In this document: one piece after another, positions 62,915-64,000 of the stretch
How the letters are laid out: the number at the start of each line of letters is the position of its first letter
Numbering within the stretch: the first letter of the stretch is position 1
From: Octopus sinensis
Lineage: Eukaryota
Reading direction: 5' to 3'
Length of the DNA stretch: 64,000 nt
Assembly: GCF_006345805.1 (NCBI RefSeq)
Contig: NC_043012.1
Span: forward strand, 30,132,001 to 30,196,000
The notes under the pieces: model-generated
What the model saw: only the letters and a program-made list of their open reading frames with translations
The model's database searches: none
Told to the model about the DNA's origin: nothing
Position numbers and translations under genes: made by a program

Positions 62915-63779
62915 AATCTTTTGTTTTAGGTTGACCTGCTTTGATTGCCAGACTTTCTAAACACCGAACCGAAGATTCAGTCACTCTCTTTGGTCATTGA
63001 AATGGATAGTGACTTTTGAGACACCCTATATGTGAGTTTGTGTGTGTGTGTATGTGTCTGTGTGTGTATATATACACACACACATATACGTATCTTCACC
63101 CCACCCCCACCACACACATACTTTAAGGGATGTTGGTTATAGCTGGTCAGGGAGTGACCGTTGGTTTCGCACCTATGTAGTTCTAAGTGGCATAGATGAC
63201 TCTCTGACCAACAATCTGTTAAATATTTCCGCTCTAAACTCTTTCAGGGTGTTCTTCTTTTCGGACTTAAGAACTACTGACCGATTCTATGGATACATGT
63301 CCAAATGTAACAACTTTTGAAGAGAAGGCTGCTATTTTCTTATCTCGTCGGGGTCACCAAATGTAACTAGTTATGGTACGGTCAAATTGTGTAAACTCTG
63401 TGAGACAGTGAAATAATCAACGTAGAAACGAAAATGATTGTTTACAGTTTTTCTTCACACGTAGAGTCAATATGTGAGGCTGTGGTAGAAGTTAGCCATT
63501 TCGGAGTTCAACAGAAATGAAGTTCAAACGCCCATCAGTGTGGGTCTGTTAGGAAAAGCTGATTGCTAGAAAGTGAAACGCATACAACGTGTGGGAGCAA
63601 ACATATACTGACCGTGATGTTCTTTCAAAGTTCCTGTTTATACCTAAGGGAAAAACTGGATGTATGTTTGAGAACAAAGGGATATCTATGTCTTTTGTAA
63701 CCTTCAAATGATCCAAGAATTCTAACTCAAACAAAGGAACCAAGATAAGTTTGACAGGTGCCCTCATAAATTTCCGAGA

Positions 63780-64000
63780 GTACACCAGATACTTGCATCA
63801 CAACCATATGTGCGCGACATGGTGATCTCATATCAAGATAAACAGCACATGACCTTGCAGGTGGGACCCAGTTAGAATTTTCTTCAGGTCGAGTATCCCA
63901 TCCCACTCAAAATGTCCCTGAATAAGGGTTGTTTAAGGATGATGAACAAAACACCCATGTTTCTGGAGGTGAATTATCCAAACCCCAAAGAATCCCTCTC
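63780..64000. repeat. Partial second copy of the 39400-39930 interspersed repeat
   Basis: Direct high-identity match to ~39495-39700; truncated by the window end. Confidence 0.8.

Noticed and set aside
62284-63785. Short ORFs near the window end (62284-62538, 63042-63320, 63549-63785)
   Set aside because: No recognisable motifs or consistent splice structure.

Overview
AT-rich, repeat-dense animal genomic DNA. The SINE and RTE families and the (TA)n/(CA)n/(ATT)n/(GAT)n microsatellite load look like Octopus or another coleoid cephalopod, which is an inference from repeat style. There is one recognisable host gene, a + strand CDC34/UBE2R ubiquitin-conjugating E2. Four coding exons are visible (32328-32414, 43541-43638, 48698-48832, 50225-50438). 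I could not find the first coding exon, so it probably lies upstream and most of the first 32 kb would be intron. The rest is decayed mobile DNA: several RTE-clade LINE copies, two tRNA-type SINE families, mariner and Tc1 relics, Helitrons, piggyBac-like and 8-bp-TSD MITEs, and a possible solo LTR. Top leads: (1) a ~400-bp palindrome with a Penelope-type minimal hammerhead ribozyme at its centre, plus two degenerate hammerhead relics; (2) a C4HC3 PHD-like finger inserted inside the RTE reverse transcriptase; (3) a copy-number-variable ~65-68-nt pseudoknot/hairpin module arrayed in the RTE 3' UTR; (4) closely similar inverted RTE tails flanking an in-frame E2 exon; (5) a near-perfect 1.44-kb tandem duplication overlapping an older ~330-bp inverted repeat. 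All alignments, folds and counts were done by eye.
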